Counted from the stretch's first letter, positions 1-13,259 are shown. The stretch is DNA of 64,000 bases from Dimorphilus gyrociliatus (GCA_904063045.1 CAJFCJ010000031.1:248001-312000), one strand, 5' to 3'. Program-made: numbers and translations. Notes: generated from the letters alone by a model not told the origin.

Positions 1-465
1 CGTAATAGGAAAACTCGTTTTCCCATTGAACAATTGCAATTATAAATAGGGAGTATTTACAAGTATGATATGGCCTTTTTCGATATAGTATAAGTAATTG
101 TTCATGATCACTCTCATTTTCGTTTTTAGAAAGAACTTCAAGAGCTTTGGGACAACCTTTTCCGTCAACTCCAACATACTTTTTATAGTAAACTGGAATT
201 AGCCTTGCTTTTCTTTCCTCAAATATTTCACTTAGATCTTCTTCATTTTTTCCGTGGCCCAAATGAAAATATATATTACCTTCCAACAATTCAGTATTAA
301 TATTACAATCGCAGGGAGGTATACTAGCGTTTCGGATGAAGGACATGGCTAATTTGCCGAGTGGAATAACAAGAAATTAAAAGAACTCATTTAATTAATA
401 CTAATTTTGTTAAGCATAACTCAGGAAAAAACTTTTATACTACTATTTAAAGGTAAAAATTTCAT

Positions 466-480
466 ATTGTAGATGGCGCT
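466..480 (+). promoter_or_regulatory. CTCF-like motif in UBE2M promoter
   Basis: attgTAGATGGCGCt resembles the CTCF core (CCACTAGATGGCGC type), about 250 bp upstream of the UBE2M ATG. Confidence 0.35.
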
Positions 481-722
481 ATAAGTAGGTTGAAAATATT
501 TTATCGTTAAAATAGTAATTTTAAATAAATTTTATCAGAAATAAAGTTTTAAAATCTAATGGAAAAAATATATTTTTTATATTTTTGGTATAAAAATTCA
601 AAATACGAAAATAATATTTAAAGAAAAAAAAAGCAGTCAACTGACATCGCAATATCATATCCAATAAAGGCGATTGTTTTTTTCATTGGTGACAATCTTC
701 CTGGTTTTTATATACATTGAAT

Positions 723-1478
723 ATGATTAAATTATTCTCATTACGAAATCAAGAGAAAGAAGGCAATGATAGTAAATCCGGGAGAGTTAATCAGAAGAAA
801 GTATCAGCAGCCGTTCTAAGAGTCCAGAAGGGTATGAAATTTCAAGTCATATTAAATACTTTTATCAAACTCTTTTAATGTATAAATTGTAGATTTAAAC
901 GATCTAAATCTTCCTAAAACGTGTAAAGTTGATTTTCCGGACCCAGACGATCTCCTAAACTTTAAATTGACATTAATACCCGACGAAGGCTTCTATCGTG
1001 GAGGAAAGTTTGTATTCTCTTTCAAAATTCCACCAGGATATCCTCATGAAGCACCCAAAGTAAAATGTGAAACCATGGTATACCATCCAAACATTGATTT
1101 GCAAGGCAATATATGCTTAAATATTCTCAGGTATTTCATGATATATAGTTATGACCTTCTACTCTTGTACTAAAACAATTAATCTAATTTATTCAGGGAG
1201 GATTGGAAGCCTGTTCTTAACCTTCACTCTGTTATTGTTGGGATACAGTTCTTATTTCTGGTATAGTATTACTCAAATAAAATATTGCACACATTTAGTC
1301 ATTATTAATACTTGATTATTCATCATTTAAATAGGAACCTAACCCTCATGACCCCTTAAACGAAAATGCTGCCGAAATGCTAAAAACAAACCAGCGGATG
1401 TTTGAACAGAACATCTTCAAGTCAATGAGAGGTGGTTATATCGGAAGTACATACTTCGAACGCTGTCTCCTTAAATAG
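723..1478 (+). CDS. UBE2M: NEDD8-conjugating E2 enzyme Ubc12, 4 exons (723-831, 893-1130, 1197-1260, 1335-1478)
   Basis: Spliced translation [10 protein letters not shown]...[21 protein letters not shown]...[22 protein letters not shown]...[18 protein letters not shown]. Catalytic HPNID...C motif and Ubc12-specific N- and C-termini; GT-AG introns of 61-74 nt. Confidence 0.97.
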
Positions 1479-1493
1479 AGAAATCGCCACCTT

Positions 1494-1495
<2 letters not shown>

Positions 1496-1537
<42 letters not shown>
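1496..1537. repeat. (TA)n microsatellite
   Basis: About 21 perfect TA units in the UBE2M/MVP tail-to-tail gap. Confidence 0.95.
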
Positions 1538-1542
<5 letters not shown>

Positions 1543-1830
1543 AAGGAGAAATGGTCGAGTGCCATTTAACATTTGGCTATTTTCGTATAATCTAAATGGT
1601 TTTACAATTTATAGTTCAAATCATGCAGATAGGCGTTTCAGTTGTGCGATTTTCTAATACAAAAATTTATTATATTGCGTATGCTAAAACTATTTTTAAT
1701 ATTATTAATTAATGTGAAATGAAATGCAGCGTGTTTGAATATGTCATTCTGTGTATTGGTTTTTTTTTTTGTTTCTCTTTTTTTTATAATAAGAAAGTTA
1801 TAAAGTTCAAAATATCCATTTTTATTCTAT

Positions 1831-4380
1831 CTATTCTTCTGGGACATTTGAGTTTGTGGGAACGATGGCTCCGCCTCCGATTAATCCATTTGCAGTATTG
1901 AAAAGATTAATTGGACTATTTCCATCAGTGATTAAAGTTGATTTGATGCCAAGACCTTGCAATAACTTAGCTTGCATCTCTGGTCCAGCGACGGCGATTG
2001 CCCTGATGGTATCAGCTCCGATAGCATCAATCATTCTCTTGAATTTTTCTACTTCAATATCAGCCAATTCTTTTGCTCTAGATATTTCAAGTCCATTAGA
2101 TTCTTTTGTATATTGAAGGGCTTGAGTCAATCTTTCTAATTCAGCATCAGCCTCGATCTTCAATGCTTTAGCCTTCAGTTCAGCTTGTTCCACATTGGCT
2201 TCTGAATCGATTCGGATAGCTTCAGCTCGGCTCTCAGCCTCTGCCTTTGCCTGTCCTCTGGCTTCTACAGCGGCAGACTGAGCTTGAAGCTCTAGCAGAT
2301 TCTTCTTTGACTTTTCTACCTCAGCTTCGTCTTGGATTCTCTGTCTTTCTAATTTACCCTTAGCTTCTTGTTCTAATCTCTCTGCCTCTTGTCTGGCAGT
2401 AGCTTCTTGGGCTGCAACAGTGATTTCAATTGCCAATTGTACGGATTTTTGTAAAGCATCCCTCGTCCTTTGATCAACCGGTTCTACCGACTGAATATCG
2501 ATACTAGTAACAACGAGATTATTTTGTTTAAAGAGGAAGGATTCACCAATTTTGTTATTTTCTGTGTAACCGAAAACTGATCCACGGATGATGCGAGCAG
2601 AATTTTTGTGGAAATCATCAAATTGTACACTAGCAACAGCTCCTCTAATACGCGAGGCCATTGCTTTACAAGCATCACCAACGAAATCTGGTACGCTAAA
2701 AATCTTGGCGACATCTTGTTCATTGTCTTTCTGAACTTCAAAGTGCCAATTGTAACTAAGTTGAAGTTGAAGTCTGGCGTGATCAGCCGTTTCAACAACA
2801 ATAATATCTGTACAAAAGTCAGGTCCCAAGAGGAGACAGAGACTCTTTATAACATTTGGTTTCTTGGGTTTCCCTCCAGAAAGAGATAATTGTGTGAATT
2901 GTTCATCAGGATCAAGCATGACCAATTCAGGTCCGAAAATAATTCTAGCTTTTTTCTGCTTATAATCGTATATTTGTACGGCGGCGTTGTGAGGAACTCG
3001 GAAAGTGACTACTCTAGTTTTATCTCTTGGTTTCCCCTCTACACCAGTGGATCTTCTATCAGATCGGTCTGCAATAGGATCTTTACCAGTGGTCAATAGA
3101 CCCTCAACTACTGGGGGTAATTTCTTTTCCCAAAGTTCCTCATCTTGTGTAAGCATATAAGTACCGCTGGTGACAGCTCTAACTTTTCCGTTCTTAATAT
3201 TTCTCACATAGATACCTTCATTCTCATCCAAAGGTATGGCAGTTCTCTTGGTTACTACCTCTACTTCAACTGGTGGCATATATTCGACAGGTCCTCTAAT
3301 CATCCACTTATCACCTGGTTGCCTGGTAACATCGCCATCTTGAAATAATTCGTTGGATTTCAAAATCACACCTTCGTTTTCTCCTAAAACGTATACATTT
3401 TGAACACCCTTTTCCAGCGATTCTCCAGGTAAAAGGAAGAAACTTTTTTCTCCTCTGACTAGCTTCTTTTTGCCTAATTGAGGCTTGTTATGTTCATCAA
3501 CAGGATCTAGTATCACACAGTATTGGCGGTTTGTTAAAGTTGTAATATCTACAAAACCCATAACTTTTTCGTATACGTGTGGTATATGAGTTTCAGTGTC
3601 AGATAACTTGATAAGCCATTCTTCTCCGTTTTTTCTTGTGACATTAAAGTCGTCTTTAAACGTACGACTGGCCTGCATATGTAGAGCTCTCTTTTCGCTC
3701 AATACGTAAGCGTTGACGACATCAACAACTTCCTCGTAAACGCCAGGAAGATAGGCGCCCGTATTCTTTACTAACCATTCTTCTCCCGTAACTCTATTAA
3801 TGCCTTCGAAATCCTCACATTCCTTTCTAGCTCTAAGTTTCAAGGCTTGATTAGGCATAATAACAGTTGCTCTAATAGTTTCATCAACGACAACTTCTTT
3901 TCTTGGGATATAAGTTCCCGGTCCCTTGAAAAGCCATTCATCACCGGCAATTCTTTTCTTTCCTTCCCCATCAGTAAAATCCAAGACAGCTCTCAATCTA
4001 AGAGCAGAGTTTGCAACCACAATAGTAAGGGGCTTTACTGGCTGTAATAAAACTTCTCCAGGGTACAAGGGGAAAGGATCTTGAGTTAGACGAATTTCTT
4101 TATCGGCATGAGCCAACTTTACTTGACCATATCCGTCTAAGATTACTTCACCATCGCCATTTCTTTGAACAGGATTTTCAATAATACAATATTGTCTTGG
4201 AGGAACTGTTATCATTCGTTCCGGTCCCAATACGACCCTTTCATTATCTTGTCTAATGTATGTTTTTGGACCAACCTCAATTCGAGATACATTGGTATTT
4301 TGATCCAAAACATGCAAATAGAAATAGGGAGGAATACGGAAGAGAGAATTATCTTCCTGTACAGTTTTTCGGAGAGACAT
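1831..4380 (-). CDS. MVP: Major vault protein, single coding exon, 849 aa
   Basis: Vault repeats ([33 protein letters not shown]; [18 protein letters not shown]), shoulder domain ([32 protein letters not shown]), cap helix, and C-terminal [22 protein letters not shown]. Confidence 0.98.
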   Translation of the reverse strand: MSLRKTVQEDNSLFRIPPYFYLHVLDQNTNVSRIEVGPKTYIRQDNERVVLGPERMITVPPRQYCIIENPVQRNGDGEVILDGYGQVKLAHADKEIRLTQDPFPLYPGEVLLQPVKPLTIVVANSALRLRAVLDFTDGEGKKRIAGDEWLFKGPGTYIPRKEVVVDETIRATVIMPNQALKLRARKECEDFEGINRVTGEEWLVKNTGAYLPGVYEEVVDVVNAYVLSEKRALHMQASRTFKDDFNVTRKNGEEWLIKLSDTETHIPHVYEKVMGFVDITTLTNRQYCVILDPVDEHNKPQLGKKKLVRGEKSFFLLPGESLEKGVQNVYVLGENEGVILKSNELFQDGDVTRQPGDKWMIRGPVEYMPPVEVEVVTKRTAIPLDENEGIYVRNIKNGKVRAVTSGTYMLTQDEELWEKKLPPVVEGLLTTGKDPIADRSDRRSTGVEGKPRDKTRVVTFRVPHNAAVQIYDYKQKKARIIFGPELVMLDPDEQFTQLSLSGGKPKKPNVIKSLCLLLGPDFCTDIIVVETADHARLQLQLSYNWHFEVQKDNEQDVAKIFSVPDFVGDACKAMASRIRGAVASVQFDDFHKNSARIIRGSVFGYTENNKIGESFLFKQNNLVVTSIDIQSVEPVDQRTRDALQKSVQLAIEITVAAQEATARQEAERLEQEAKGKLERQRIQDEAEVEKSKKNLLELQAQSAAVEARGQAKAEAESRAEAIRIDSEANVEQAELKAKALKIEADAELERLTQALQYTKESNGLEISRAKELADIEVEKFKRMIDAIGADTIRAIAVAGPEMQAKLLQGLGIKSTLITDGNSPINLFNTANGLIGGGAIVPTNSNVPEE

Positions 4381-5985
4381 CTTACAGTGTTTTCAAAAGA
4401 AGCTGGCTGAAGAATGAATTATATGCAGCCCGGCCGTCAATAAAGAGCAAAAAATTATCTTGATTGTGAAATTTTACTTTTTGAATAATCGCTCAAAATG
4501 TTTAAGAAATAATTGTACAAGTGATGTTTTTTCAAAAAAGTGACTCATCAGTCTGTCTAGCTGAGTTGGCGCCTCAGTCGCTTGCACAACTCTTACAAAT
4601 TACCTTTAGGCCTATCGTCATAGCAACTTCAATAATTTCGAATATAATCAATTTATCTGGACTTCACTTGACAGACAAGAAGTATTATTTAAATAACTTA
4701 TTACTGTTCAACAATGCTTTGTCTGGAAATGAGAGAGAGAGAGAGGGAAACCTATTTCTTTAATGTTGAATCACTCTTATCTTACATTTTAGAAAGAGTA
4801 GATATCGCTGTGTTTAATCAGCAAAATTTTCAATTTATGACACGTTGTCTCAAAAAAAAATACTTATTTAGTAAATTTTGCAGTAAGTCTACAGTAATTT
4901 GCATATTAACAATACTCCTTGCAATAAAACTCTTTGAAGAGTTATGCCCTTCACCTTCAAATTCACAATAATTCCTAACAAATACTGTAAAAATGTTCTA
5001 TAAAACTTGACAGGCCAAAATAAGCTGTACAAAAAAAATAGCTATTAAACTTAGGAAAATAACCTGTGATGATTAATAATTCTTTAAAGAATATTACTAA
5101 ATATCTATATTTCATTACAAATCTAATGAAATATCGTGCAATAATTCCTCGAGAATATTCTTTAAAAGAATTGCTCGAAATTCGATTCTTTTTCTTATTT
5201 ATATTGTTTGAGCACATTATACTAACATTATATTAAGTATTAAATTTAGTTTGAGTGTATAATAATTTCAAAATATCAGAAACAGCCTCATTTTGAAATA
5301 TGATAAGAATGTTTATTAATTTATAGAGGCATTTATATTCGAACGAAAAATCACCGAAAAAGCATATAAAAAATAAAGTAACTGTATTAAAAAAAAAACA
5401 AGGAAGTTTATAATTACGAAAAGTTATATTGAAAACAAATTGAAAAAATATGTAAACAGTAATCGATAATAAAGGAAAAAAGATTAAATATTCTAAGTGG
5501 GCGTAAAAGATAAAAAAAATATAAAGCAAAAGAGAATAAAAATACAATGTTAAATGACAAATGAAACATATTAGTAGCACCATGTATATATAAAAAAGAA
5601 TAGAGATAGTTCACAGAATGATTAGAGTGGAAAAACACCCCCTAAACGACTGTTAGTAGAATTGATAATCTGATGAGGTTAACACAGTTTAGAAACAGAT
5701 ATTGATAATAAACAAAAGTTTTTTTTTGAGAATTCTTTCAAAGAGTTACTGAATTCAAAACGAATGGTATTGTATAGTATAAAATAAAACAACAGATCAA
5801 CATTTGCATTGGGTAAAGATATTGAGAGAGAGAGTGGGGAGTATTTATTAAAGGGAATGAGCAAAATAATACTGCATAAAAGAGATAAATTGTTAGCTCT
5901 CTTTATCTTAACATATACATATATATTTATACTAATTTAGATGATAATAGAAGTGTATTCTTTTTATTATATAGGGGAATTCGTG

Positions 5986-7480
5986 TTAGACAAGAATTGG
6001 TTTAGCTTGAGCAATACTGTTGCACCATACGTAAGTGCGATTGCCGACCATAAAAGTTGCGTCGTAATCAAACCCATTAATGTAGTCTCCGTTGATTCCA
6101 TTGAGCTTAATCTCAGTATTTTCAGATTGGAAATACATTGGAGGTAGAACGCTAAATATTTCATTGATACGTTTTGTTGTATATTGGTTGCAATTTTCTA
6201 ATATGATATCGAAAATAGGTATCTTTTTAGCAAAGACAACGTCAAAATTTAATCTTTGAAAGAATGGCTGATTTTGCAAACTGTAAATATCGTGAAGCCT
6301 TCGCCTGCTATCTTTTTCTAACAGATTTTTAACAATATGTTTAGCTTCATTAGAATAATTTCCGTAAAACGGTAATTCGTATGTACTTTGTGAACACATT
6401 TTGGCCATTTCAAAATGATCTTTTCCAGGTTTCACTGGAAAATGACCGGCCAATAGAGAATACATAAGAATACCTAATGACCACCAATCAGCTGAATGCG
6501 TATAAGTTTGCATAGCTAATACCTCGGGTGCTATGTATTGTAACGTTCCACAAATTGTTCTTGTTCTTTCTCCAATTGACAAGCATTTAGATAGACCAAA
6601 ATCAGTAATAGAGATGTGGCCTAACTCATCCAGTAAAATATTCTCCATCTGTAATCAATATAATATTATTTACATAAGCGAAAAAAGGTCATAGTCTGTT
6701 TACCTTCAAATCTCGATAAATAATACCATTTTTGTGTAGGAAATCTGCAAGTTATTTAGTAAAGTTAAATAACTAAGTGAAAAATTGAGCCTAAATAGAA
6801 AGATAAAAAAAAACCAACCAAGTCCTAGAGCTATTTCGGCTATATAAACTCTTGTTAGATTCTCGCTAAAACGATCACTCTGTTTCCATAAAGCAAAAAG
6901 ATCACCATTAGGCTTATATTCCATAACTAAAAGAAAAACAACAATTATATTAGTAAATTTTAGTATATCTAGAATAAAAAAAGACCTACGAATGTTTAAG
7001 TTGTCCATGTCTTGGAAAAAAGAAAAAGCTTTAACAATAAATGGATGTTTACTAAAGGAACTTTGAATTGATGCCTCATCTTTAACCCTCTTTTTAGCTC
7101 CCAACTCGCTTATTGTCGATTTTTGCATTACTTTTAAAACTAATACTTTGTTATCAGTCTTTCTGTGAACTTTGAAAACATTTCCATAGGCTCCCTTGGC
7201 TATAATAGTTTCAATAACAAAGTCTCTCAGAACGTCATATGCACCTGAACAGTATTCAGGTAAAAAGTCTGATTCCTTATTCTTAGGGTTTGGAGATGAT
7301 GGGGATTTTAAATTTTCTAACGATTGAGCTCTCTTTCGTTTACTAAACTTGGACGATGTTGGGAAATCCTGTTGTACAAAAACATAGCGAAGTTAGGGTT
7401 CTGCACGAAAAATATACTTAACTAACCTGATCAGGTAGAGATGCAAAGTTTTTGTGGAGTTTTGGTTGAGTGTTCCCCAT
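5986..7480 (-). CDS. RSKR: Ribosomal protein S6 kinase-related protein (SGK494/RSKR-like AGC kinase), 5 exons
   Basis: Spliced: MGNTQPKL...FLPEY...[13 protein letters not shown]...HPFIV...IIYRDLK|[21 protein letters not shown]...[14 protein letters not shown]...ADWWSLG. RDLKMEN, CGTLQY and DH.EM motifs match the RSKR family. The MG start is a possible myristoylation site. Confidence 0.85.
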
Positions 7481-8476
7481 ATTTATTATTTTTATATAAT
7501 ATTATACGACATTGTTCATATATATATATCCATTTTCATAGAGATTCTTCTAGTAAACACATTTACGAGGTATAGGTAGCGCTAACTCCCAAAGTCTTAT
7601 TGAATCTCTTGAAAATTACCTATTTTACTTAAAAAACTACATTCTAAAATACAAAAAATTTGTTTAGTAATAATTTTTTTACTAATATTTATGTTATGAA
7701 AATAATTTTTTTTTCAAAAAAGGTACTCATTGACAAGAAAAATTTCATTGATATTTTAGTTCAAGTTAATATACAGAGCACTCTAGCTAAAAATTATAAA
7801 TAAAAAAATTTTTTTTCCATTGAAAAGCAAGTTAATTTTAATTTCATAAAAGATAATTTACTTCAGTAATCTAGTGTGACCCTGGTACAAAAAGACGGCC
7901 GAACTATTTCTTGGGCTTTTAAAGTATTCTACATCGACCTATTCTTTTTCTCAACTGGTAAGTATTTTTATGTCGTATTTAAAAAGGGTGAATTAATATC
8001 CCTTCGATATAAACGGGGAATTTTTCCGATAAACGGCCGTCTTGGAAGGAAACTGTTTGAAAGTAAAAGAAGCGCCAAAATATAGAAGCAATTCATTGAT
8101 ACGAATTATCTACATTTTAGCAAACTTGAGTTTTTGTTACAAAATTCGTTTGATTAGATATTTAGATAAGTATGTGTTTATTGGTAGAGCATATATTTGT
8201 TTAAGGAACATTTCATAAAATAATAAAAATTTTTAATGAGCGATAAAGCAGTTATAAGGCATAAATTAGAGAGGTTCGCTGATGTAGTTTGCTGCAGCAT
8301 GGCTGCTTTGTTTCGGAGACAAGATCCATGTTTAAAATTCGTCTGCTATCCTACATATTATTGCAGACATATTTAACGATATTGTTCGCTTTTCTTTAAA
8401 TTAAAGCCGATCGGATTGCCATTTCGTCAAATTGACTTATCCTGGGGCACCGTAGAGGCGATCAGAAAGAGAAAAC

Positions 8477-11400
8477 ATGAAGAAATCAAATCATGTAATG
8501 ATCGACTCGGATAGCGATGATGAACCCTTGGCAAAAAAGGCTACTTTATCTGAATCAGAAAGGCAAGCTCTCAAAGCCAAGGATGAAGCATTATCCAACG
8601 TCAAGAGAAGGGAATCAGCATCTCCATCGAAAAGAAAGCGAAAAAAGCTAAAGCAGGTTTGATTTCATTGCATAAATATTAATGATTTAAACAATGGATA
8701 ACTTGAGACAATAAATGTGATAATACTGATTTTTAGACAAAACTCTTCGATATGCTCCCGAAAGGGAATGCATCAAGGCCTCGAAGAAGTACACAGTCGC
8801 CCCAAAAAAAGCCATCAAGCACCTCACCTAGGAAATCACTTACAAAATCCGTAAGTAAAATTAATATACAATATATCTATTCATAAGAGAAAATTTTTCT
8901 TAAGACACCGAAAACTGTACCTATACCAAAACCCAGTCTCATTAACATCGAGTCAGAGAGTGGTGTATGCGATTTCGAATTTGCCGATGTATGCCTTATA
9001 ACGGAATTTTATTCGTCATTTTATTCCATTTTGGGGAATTTTGAAAAACCTCTTACTATTGTACGACTGTCGCCATGTAAGTTTTCAATAATATTTATTA
9101 TTTCTCGGGATTTTTTTTTAATAACTGTTTGCAAATGCAAGAATTGACAATATTTTCTTTCAAAAAAGTTGATCTTCTTGCTGGCCTGTGCGATAAGAAA
9201 GCCGTATATAATTGCGTAAATGATGTGTTGGCTGGTTTTGTAGGTTCCTTGTTACTTTGGAGATATAAAAAGGTTCGTTAAGTTCATCATTGTGATGAAA
9301 CGATCAATTAATTAAAAAATCACTTTTCAACAGAGAATACAGTTTCTTAATAAGCCTCTTTACGAATTTGAAATAAATAAATATAACGTTGAGCAAGCAC
9401 TGCGTTTAATTATCATTTATGAAAGAAATAGAACCGCTAATTCAGTGGATGATGAACCTAGTTTTATTGCGCAATGTTTATCTGTAAGTGATCGCTAGCC
9501 TATTCAGTATATAATTTTACTTTGAAAATATATTTATTATACATTTTTCTTTAAAAAAAGGTCGAAGAAATAGCACAGTATTTGGATAATGTTCAATTTC
9601 GAGAATTATGTGCGTCGTCTCAACTTTCGCTTCTTTTAGCCATGCATCAGCAATTGGTTGATAGCGATTTTTTAGCAGTAAGTCTTAATTATAGTAAAAG
9701 GATTAGGTTGACTTAATTAACCTATTTTTATGTGCATATCTCCAACAATTTTAAGCCGTTTTCTTTCCAAAGCTACAAATTGATCAGAAACAACTAAACG
9801 TATATCAATTATGGAAAGATCGTCAACTCGCTATTAAACAACGTAAGGAGGACAAGAAAAAAGATCTAGAGGAATTGAAAAGTAGCTCCCGTAAGATAAA
9901 TTTATTAATTATAAGGTTGTTTTTAATAATTTATATCACTAATTTGCATAGATATGATGAAATATTTGGATAGAAACGCTAATGCTGATAAAGCGGAGAC
10001 AACAGAGAGTCCAGAAAAGATAAAGTATGCTATATTTTTACGTTATAAGAAATATAAGATTATAATAATCCTGTAAATACATATTTTCTTTAAAAAATAG
10101 AGACCGTATGAAAGAAAAGAAAAATAATGATAAAAAGGAAGAAGAAGACTTCAAAAAGAATATAACGGTTAGTTAATTTTAAAAATTTCATTTGTAAACC
10201 AACACTATAATATATATGTATTTATGTATATATATATATACTGCAGATGGCTGAGTATATTGCCAAAGTGACCCTAAGATCATCACCTTTGGGCGAAGAC
10301 CGAGATTACAATAGATATTGGTATCTTTCTTGCTGTCCATCGCATGTTTTCGTTGAAATTTCAAACGACTCTGAACGTAAAATATGGAAGGAAATCGAAC
10401 AACATTCGAACAAGAAGAAGAAGTATATTTTTCTTTCATTTATTATCTATTTTGCTAATAATGTGTTAAAATATTTTTTTAGCGCTCCTCGTGCCCCTCC
10501 TCCAGACGATCCACGGTTACGGAATAGGGCTTGGGCCTATTATAATGACATTAAAACGTTGAAACTAGTGAAATTGGCCTTAAATGCAAGAACAGAAAGG
10601 GAAAAAAATTTGCGGCATAATTTTATAGCTATTTTTAATGACATCAATAAAACCATTACTGAGTAAGTTTTCTTCTATAAAATAATCTGCATATTTTTTC
10701 ATCACTAACAACTACTATTATTGCTATCCAGGGAAGCCGCTGCGATCAAAGAGAGAGAGAAGAAGGAAAAGGAGACGACAAAGGAGAGGGAGAAGGAGAA
10801 GGAGAAAGAGAATGAAAATGAGAAGGAGAATGAGAATGACAACGATAATGAGAACGAGAATGAGAATGAGAGTAAGAATGAAATTAAAAATGAAATTAAA
10901 AATGAAATTAAAAATGAAAATGAGCATGAGAGTGAGAATGCGACCGAAAGTGAGACTGGTTGCGTAGAAATGGAAAATGATAAGAAAGATGAAGCTGTGG
11001 AAGGGCTTTCCGACTCTTTAAAGCGAATCATGTATGAAATGAGTGAAAAAGTAACTGCTTCTGCCCTGGGAGGAGTAGGGTTTCGAAAAGAGGAATTTAT
11101 GAAATTGGAAAACTTGAAGGATTTGGTAAGACAACCTACTTCAAATGCATTCAATACCTAAATAACTAACAAATATGTCTTTTTTATTAAAGCAATCAAA
11201 CCTAGTTTTGCTGAAGGAACAAGTTTACAATAGATTTTTTAAGCCATATTTTCGGTTTTCAGGTAAGAGAATAGCTATTGTTATTGTTACTATTATAACA
11301 AATATTTAAAAACACCCAGGCGAAGAGGATAATGAAAATGAGAGTGTTCAGATGTGGATGGAGGCTGTAGCTGAGTGTAACTGCTTGCCTGAGTTACATT

Positions 11401-13259
11401 TACTTTTTAACTACCTTTACGACTCTGTTGATTGGTCCAAATCAAACGAAAATTCGGTACTCAATAATTTTATACAAATAATTAAATTAGCGAAATTATT
11501 TGTTAAAACATTTGTTTATCAAAAAAATTTTAGAAATGTAAAGTTTGTCGCAAAGGTGGAGAAGTGATATTATGTGACAAATGTAATGCTGCCTTTCATC
11601 TGACCTGCTTAAGACCGGCGTTATTTTCCATTCCAGCGGGAGAATGGTTTTGTACTTCCTGCAATGTAAGTAATTTAAGGAAAAAGAAAACAATAACGCA
11701 TCTACGTATCTTTTTATAGCCACAAAATAACGAAAAAAGATCTCGACGGCCCAGGTATGCAGAGGATGATGAGGAAAATGGACTAAATAATGACGATTAT
11801 TTATTTAGGTCTATGAGACCAAGAGTAAGTTCTAAAATAGAAAAAAAGAATCATATGATAGATTTAACTTTTAAACTTGTTTTTATTAGCGATCCACTGT
11901 AACTTGTTGTATATGCGGATCAAGTGAACGACCTGTAAATAAATGCATGAGCTGCAATGCCAGTCTACACTATTGGTGTAATGATCCACCTTTTGAGAGC
12001 GAAATGTCTTTCCAGAAACAATATGGTTGTATGTTATGCAATGGTAGATCCAGACGCTCTCTTCGATCTAACAGAACTTTAAATGGAAAAGTTGAAATGA
12101 CCGAAGAAGACAAGACCAAGTTTGAAAAGGAAGCCAGAGCTGATAGAGCTGCGAGGAGAGCTGCACTTAAAACAAACGTCTTACCTTCAAGTGATGATGA
12201 TATGGGTGATGATGAAAAATTAGAGGACGGGGAACCTTATGTAAAAATTTCTCGAAGGCGAACGTCATCGGCTTCATCCGCTTCATCAACAGCTAGTTAT
12301 CATCTTGTTGATCATTCCTATCCATCGGGAAGAAAAAAGAGAAATCGTTCTCGACAACCCCTATATGCCAACAATTACGAATCTTCTGATTCAAATAGTG
12401 AATATCCGGAAGATCCTTTAAAAGTAAAAATGAGCCTAAGAAAGAAACAGCGGCCGCTATATATGGAAACAGATTATTCCTGTGATACGGAGGAAGATGC
12501 ATTTTCTAGGGATTTAAACGATACAAATAATCAATATACCACAGAAATTATTGTTGATGAAAGTTCTTTAACTGATCAAGTACCAACTCATAATAATAGA
12601 AATACTATCATGCTAGATGGGAAGACTCAGGTTACTATTATTTCGCCTAAAAAGGAACGAGCAAAGCCAAAACCAAGAGTAGCTGACGAACAAGCAAAAT
12701 TAAAGGTATCATAACAAAAACTAAAAATCGTCTAATTTTAAGTTAAACGTTTCCATTATTTTAAAATATTAGGAAATGATTGGCTTATTAGCAAGAACTG
12801 GACGACAAAAGTGTGCTTGGCCATTTATCGACCCTGTTCGAAAAGAAGACGTTCCTGATTATTATGACGTGATAACGAAGCCCGTTGATTTGTCAACGCT
12901 CCGTAAGAAGATTGAGACTCATCAGCTTAAATCTGTGAATGATGTAGCTGCTGACGTCGCCCAGATGTTTGATAATGCTGAATTTTACAATGCTGTAAGT
13001 AATTAGTTTACTATAGAAATTATAATATACATTATTATTGAACGAATAGGTTGGAGATATTGTGTATAATTGCGTTGAGCCTGTTGAAAAATTCTTCGCC
13101 AAGCATTTCAAGGTTATGTTCCCAAACGATATCTACAGACGAGAAAGACGCTATAAGGAAACCGAAAAGGCAACAAATGGAGATACTGAAGAAGCTGTTG
13201 TCCCGCAGGAGACAAGTATACTCGTCAATGGTGATAATCAGACGTCGATTGAATCCTAA
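8477..13259 (+). CDS. BAZ1B: BAZ1B/WSTF-like chromatin remodeller subunit: DDT, WHIM, WSD, PHD, second PHD, bromodomain; no WAC domain found
   Basis: DDT-like [18 protein letters not shown]; [11 protein letters not shown] (cf. WSTF ELWKERLAVLK); [12 protein letters not shown]; W.EAV..C..L.ELH.L...L.DSV.W; [22 protein letters not shown]...GEWFC; bromodomain AWPFIDPV...PDYYDVI..P.DL...AEFYN. Multi-exon and in frame. The 5' end is uncertain. Confidence 0.85.
10741..10940 (+). repeat. Coding low-complexity E/K/N repeat, including (AATGAAATTAAA)x3
   Basis: Encodes [43 protein letters not shown]; the 12-mer is repeated at 10877-10912. Confidence 0.9.

Noticed and set aside
1856-4463. Many short + strand ORFs, and one minus-strand alternative-frame ORF, overlapping MVP
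   Set aside because: Antisense or alternative-frame shadows of the long MVP CDS, with no motifs. The same applies to similar ORFs over EIF4G2, CKAP5, PPTC7, the innexins and KSR.
5126-5236. Short + strand ORF containing REYSLKELLEIR, resembling a YxxxxLL eIF4E-binding motif
   Set aside because: Short, AT-rich, with no supporting exon structure; the motif is too degenerate to be significant.
4400-5980. Vault RNA near MVP
   Set aside because: I saw no Pol III A-box/B-box pair (GTTCRANNC) with a terminal stem and T-run. There is only a 5-bp hairpin (ctgag...ctcag, about 4561-4577) and an AP-1-like TGACTCA. vtRNA is not expected to be linked to MVP.
10705-11154. 149-aa minus-strand ORF rich in S/F/L
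   Set aside because: Antisense reading of the E/K/N low-complexity exon of BAZ1B.
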